A DNA stretch of 64,000 nt from Octopus vulgaris (taxonomy: Eukaryota): the NCBI GenBank assembly GCA_951406725.2, contig OX597816.1, forward strand, positions 82,584,001 through 82,648,000. Reading direction: 5' to 3'. Position numbers and translations under genes: made by a program. The notes beneath the pieces were generated by a model. The model was not told the origin of the DNA. It was given only the letters and a program-made list of their open reading frames with translations, and did no database searches. Position 1 is the stretch's first letter. Each line of letters opens with the position of its first letter. Below are positions 62,201 through 64,000 of this stretch, piece after piece.

Positions 62201-62591
62201 GAAAATTAGGATTTCTACCTTATCACTAGCATTGTGCTGTGTCTATAACCAAGATCCAAAATTCTCTGAACAGGTCCTTTATAATGGTACAATTCATTGT
62301 TGAAAGTAATTACAATGTAAAATTAATGACTAGTTTTTATTGCTGAGTTGACTTATGGGAAAATTATCTTATCTGTTGACTGACAGTATATTCAAGTGAT
62401 TTAACTTATTTTCTAAACATTACTGAAACCACAGAAAGTGGAGTGCATAGAGAAACAAATAAAATATTTGAAATTGAATGTCATTTTCTTTTTTTTTTTC
62501 TTTTCTTTTGTAGAATATTCGTGTGATGGCAAAATATTATACCAGGGTACGAATGAATAGGATGGCCCAACTGCTTGATCTCTCAGAAGAT
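50112..62591 (+). CDS. PSMD12: 26S proteasome non-ATPase regulatory subunit 12 (RPN5), exons 1-10; 3' end outside the window
   Basis: Exons 50112-50210, 51584-51643, 52869-52997, 54613-54720, 55233-55337, 56240-56389, 59690-59824, 60690-60802, 60956-61133, 62514-62591. All GT-AG and in phase (385 aa). Motifs [65 protein letters not shown]. Confidence 0.97.
50345..50355 (-). promoter_or_regulatory. Antioxidant-response-element match ATGACAAAGCA in PSMD12 intron 1
   Basis: Fits RTGACnnnGC; motif match only. Confidence 0.3.
51584..51643 (+). CDS. PSMD12: PSMD12 exon 2
   Basis: [20 protein letters not shown]; AG/GT. Confidence 0.95.
51745..52157 (+). mobile_element. SINE family B with an RTE-like 3' tail
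   Basis: Family-B head; ends ggtgttggcatctagctgcagaaaa...gatgctaaaacagtaatgatg. Confidence 0.6.
52205..52420 (-). mobile_element. RTE 3' end fragment
   Basis: Close match to 15470-15700. Confidence 0.8.
52869..52997 (+). CDS. PSMD12: PSMD12 exon 3
   Basis: [19 protein letters not shown]...[10 protein letters not shown]. Confidence 0.96.
53292..53497 (+). mobile_element. SINE family A
   Basis: gagctagcaggatcattagc...gagttcaaac...gataaaataagaaccag. Confidence 0.75.
53942..54148 (+). mobile_element. SINE family A, old copy
   Basis: B box ctgagttcaaatc and core similarity. Confidence 0.65.
54613..54720 (+). CDS. PSMD12: PSMD12 exon 4
   Basis: [10 protein letters not shown]...[12 protein letters not shown]. 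Confidence 0.96.
55233..55337 (+). CDS. PSMD12: PSMD12 exon 5
   Basis: [11 protein letters not shown]...AANILQELQ. Confidence 0.97.
55549..55720 (-). mobile_element. RTE 3' end fragment
   Basis: catcatcatcgtttaacgtccgctttccatgctggc terminus. Confidence 0.85.
55881..56086 (+). mobile_element. SINE family A
   Basis: aagctggcagaattgtcagc...gagttcaaattctgcc. Confidence 0.75.
56240..56389 (+). CDS. PSMD12: PSMD12 exon 6
   Basis: [39 protein letters not shown]... Confidence 0.97.
57255..57790 (+). mobile_element. Old RTE RT-region fragment
   Basis: FVCDRC...[11 protein letters not shown] similarity to the young RTE. Confidence 0.7.
57853..59559 (-). mobile_element. Young 5'-truncated RTE LINE in PSMD12 intron 6
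   Basis: RT motifs [13 protein letters not shown] and LLYADDL, C4HC3 finger, [27 protein letters not shown]. One frameshift near 59055, stop at 58466, 3' UTR with repeats, (GAT)n tail. Confidence 0.95.
59690..59824 (+). CDS. PSMD12: PSMD12 exon 7
   Basis: [33 protein letters not shown]... Confidence 0.96.
60025..60520 (-). mobile_element. Tc1-family transposase fragment in PSMD12 intron 7
   Basis: [35 protein letters not shown]...GRIN (Tc1 WSDES and TVKHGGGSVMVWG motifs). Confidence 0.8.
60690..60802 (+). CDS. PSMD12: PSMD12 exon 8
   Basis: [25 protein letters not shown]... Confidence 0.96.
60956..61133 (+). CDS. PSMD12: PSMD12 exon 9
   Basis: [14 protein letters not shown]...[13 protein letters not shown]. 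Confidence 0.95.
61520..62050 (-). mobile_element. Old CR1/L2/jockey-group LINE 3' fragment
   Basis: Degenerate KTLAL*NTLPE...[10 protein letters not shown] terminal motif. Confidence 0.45.
62514..62591 (+). CDS. PSMD12: PSMD12 exon 10
   Basis: [26 protein letters not shown]; AG/GT. Confidence 0.96.
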
Positions 62592-62922
62592 GTAAGTACA
62601 ATAGTTTAATATAGACACGAATTGGGAAGAATGCGTGTATTTGTAGACAAGAGCTATGTGTACAGAAGAGGAGAGAGAATGTGTTTATATACTATATGAA
62701 GTCACTGTTTGTGGCTAGTCTGAACATGAAAAAAAAGTTTGCAGTGAAATGTACTTAGTACTTAGAGTTTTTTGACTGGAAGCAGTACCTCTAAGATTTT
62801 TCCTAACTAAAAAAAATTTAAAGTAATGCAACGATGTCTTAACTAAGAAGGGAGATCACTCTTGAGTAAGGGAATAATCTATAGCATTGTTAGGTTCTTG
62901 TTGAATAAGAGCCTCATATATA

Positions 62923-63764
62923 AAGGGTGTCTCAAAAGTTACTGATGGATTTCAATTTTTAATAACTTCCTTAATTTTACAAATAAATGCATGAAATTTT
63001 GTACAATATAAAGGACATAATGGAAATTAATATGCACAAGTCAAATTTTGCGGCACCTCTACATCACACATGGAAAATGGCAGCCATTTTCGGCTTTGCA
63101 TGCTCGTGCTCTTTCCAAAACTTGCACCATAACACCCTCAAGAGTTTCAGACCCCACTTCTCTGATTTCTCTATTGATGTTCTCCTTCAGTTGCACCAGG
63201 ATCTCTGCTTTGTTGATGTAAACTCTCTTTCTTTCACAAGAAAAAAATCCAGGCTAGTCAAGTTGACATTGCTGTAGTGGGAGATTATTCTCTCTCCAAA
63301 ACACTGCCATAGCAACTGATCTGTTTCTCTTGCAGTATGAGCAGTTGCCCCGTCTTGCTGGAACCATGTGTGAGGTCTACTTTGAATGGCTTTCACATTT
63401 CTCCAGACTTGACTAGCCTGGATCTTTTCTTGTAGGGATACCTGAAAGAGACGATTTGCATCAACAAACTGGAGACCCTGATGCAACTGACGGAAAGCAT
63501 CAATAGAGAAATCAGAAGTGGGGTCTGAAACTCTTGATGTTATGGTGCAAGTTTTGGAAAGAGCACAGGTGGGCAAAGTTGAAAATGGCTGCTATTTAAG
63601 CGATGTCATTTTCCACATGTAAAGTAGTGGTGTTGCAAAATTTGACTTGTGCATTTTTATTTCCATTATGTCCTTTATATTGTATCAAAATTTCATGCAT
63701 TTATTTGTAAAGTTAAGGAAGTTATTAAAAACTGAAACCCATCAGTGACTTTTGGGACACCCAG
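62923..63764. mobile_element. Palindromic non-autonomous Tc1/mariner derivative with ~340-bp inverted arms
   Basis: TA on both sides. Arms 62923-63263 and 63407-63764. Transposase remnants WFQQDGATAHTARET and SPDLTSLD.FL.GYLK. Confidence 0.92.
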
Positions 63765-64000
63765 TATTATATTATCCTCTGGGTAATAATTTAAAGATGT
63801 CAAAGCTGTACACATTGTATTGAACTTGCTGTTGCTGACCCAACTCTAGACTAAGACACAAGTTAAAAAGTAAAATCTTACAATACCTCACAATAGTAAG
63901 TTATATTTCTCATTGCAATATTTTAGTTCAACACTGCAAAGCATCAAACTGTCAGTAATACAGTACTTCTATGGTTTGTGCTATGGAGCAAGAGATAAGC

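Overview
AT-rich, repeat-dense eukaryotic (animal) genomic DNA. The repeat complement suggests an octopod cephalopod, but that is inference. Two spliced genes lie head-to-head about 5.1 kb apart. TAB1 is on the minus strand: 7 coding exons, 19416-44984, complete, 563 aa as I spliced it. PSMD12/RPN5 is on the plus strand: 10 coding exons from 50112, with the last exon beyond the window. A third, unidentified minus-strand ORF starts at 127 and runs off the left edge. Introns and intergenic DNA carry RTE-clade LINE fragments (with a PHD-like C4HC3 finger inside the RT region), CR1/L2-like fragments, two modular tRNA-derived SINE families, Tc1/mariner and hAT relics, and several MITEs. The most unusual structures are: a mosaic of three ~100-bp locally templated segments joined by microhomology (34173-34482) plus nearby snap-back hairpins; a palindromic mariner-derived element in PSMD12 intron 10; a MITE with a perfect 8-bp TSD and telomere-like repeats; and a TAB1 that keeps the PP2C DGH motif. 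No prokaryotic-type system (CRISPR, operon) is present. Repeat boundaries are approximate unless a TSD is given.
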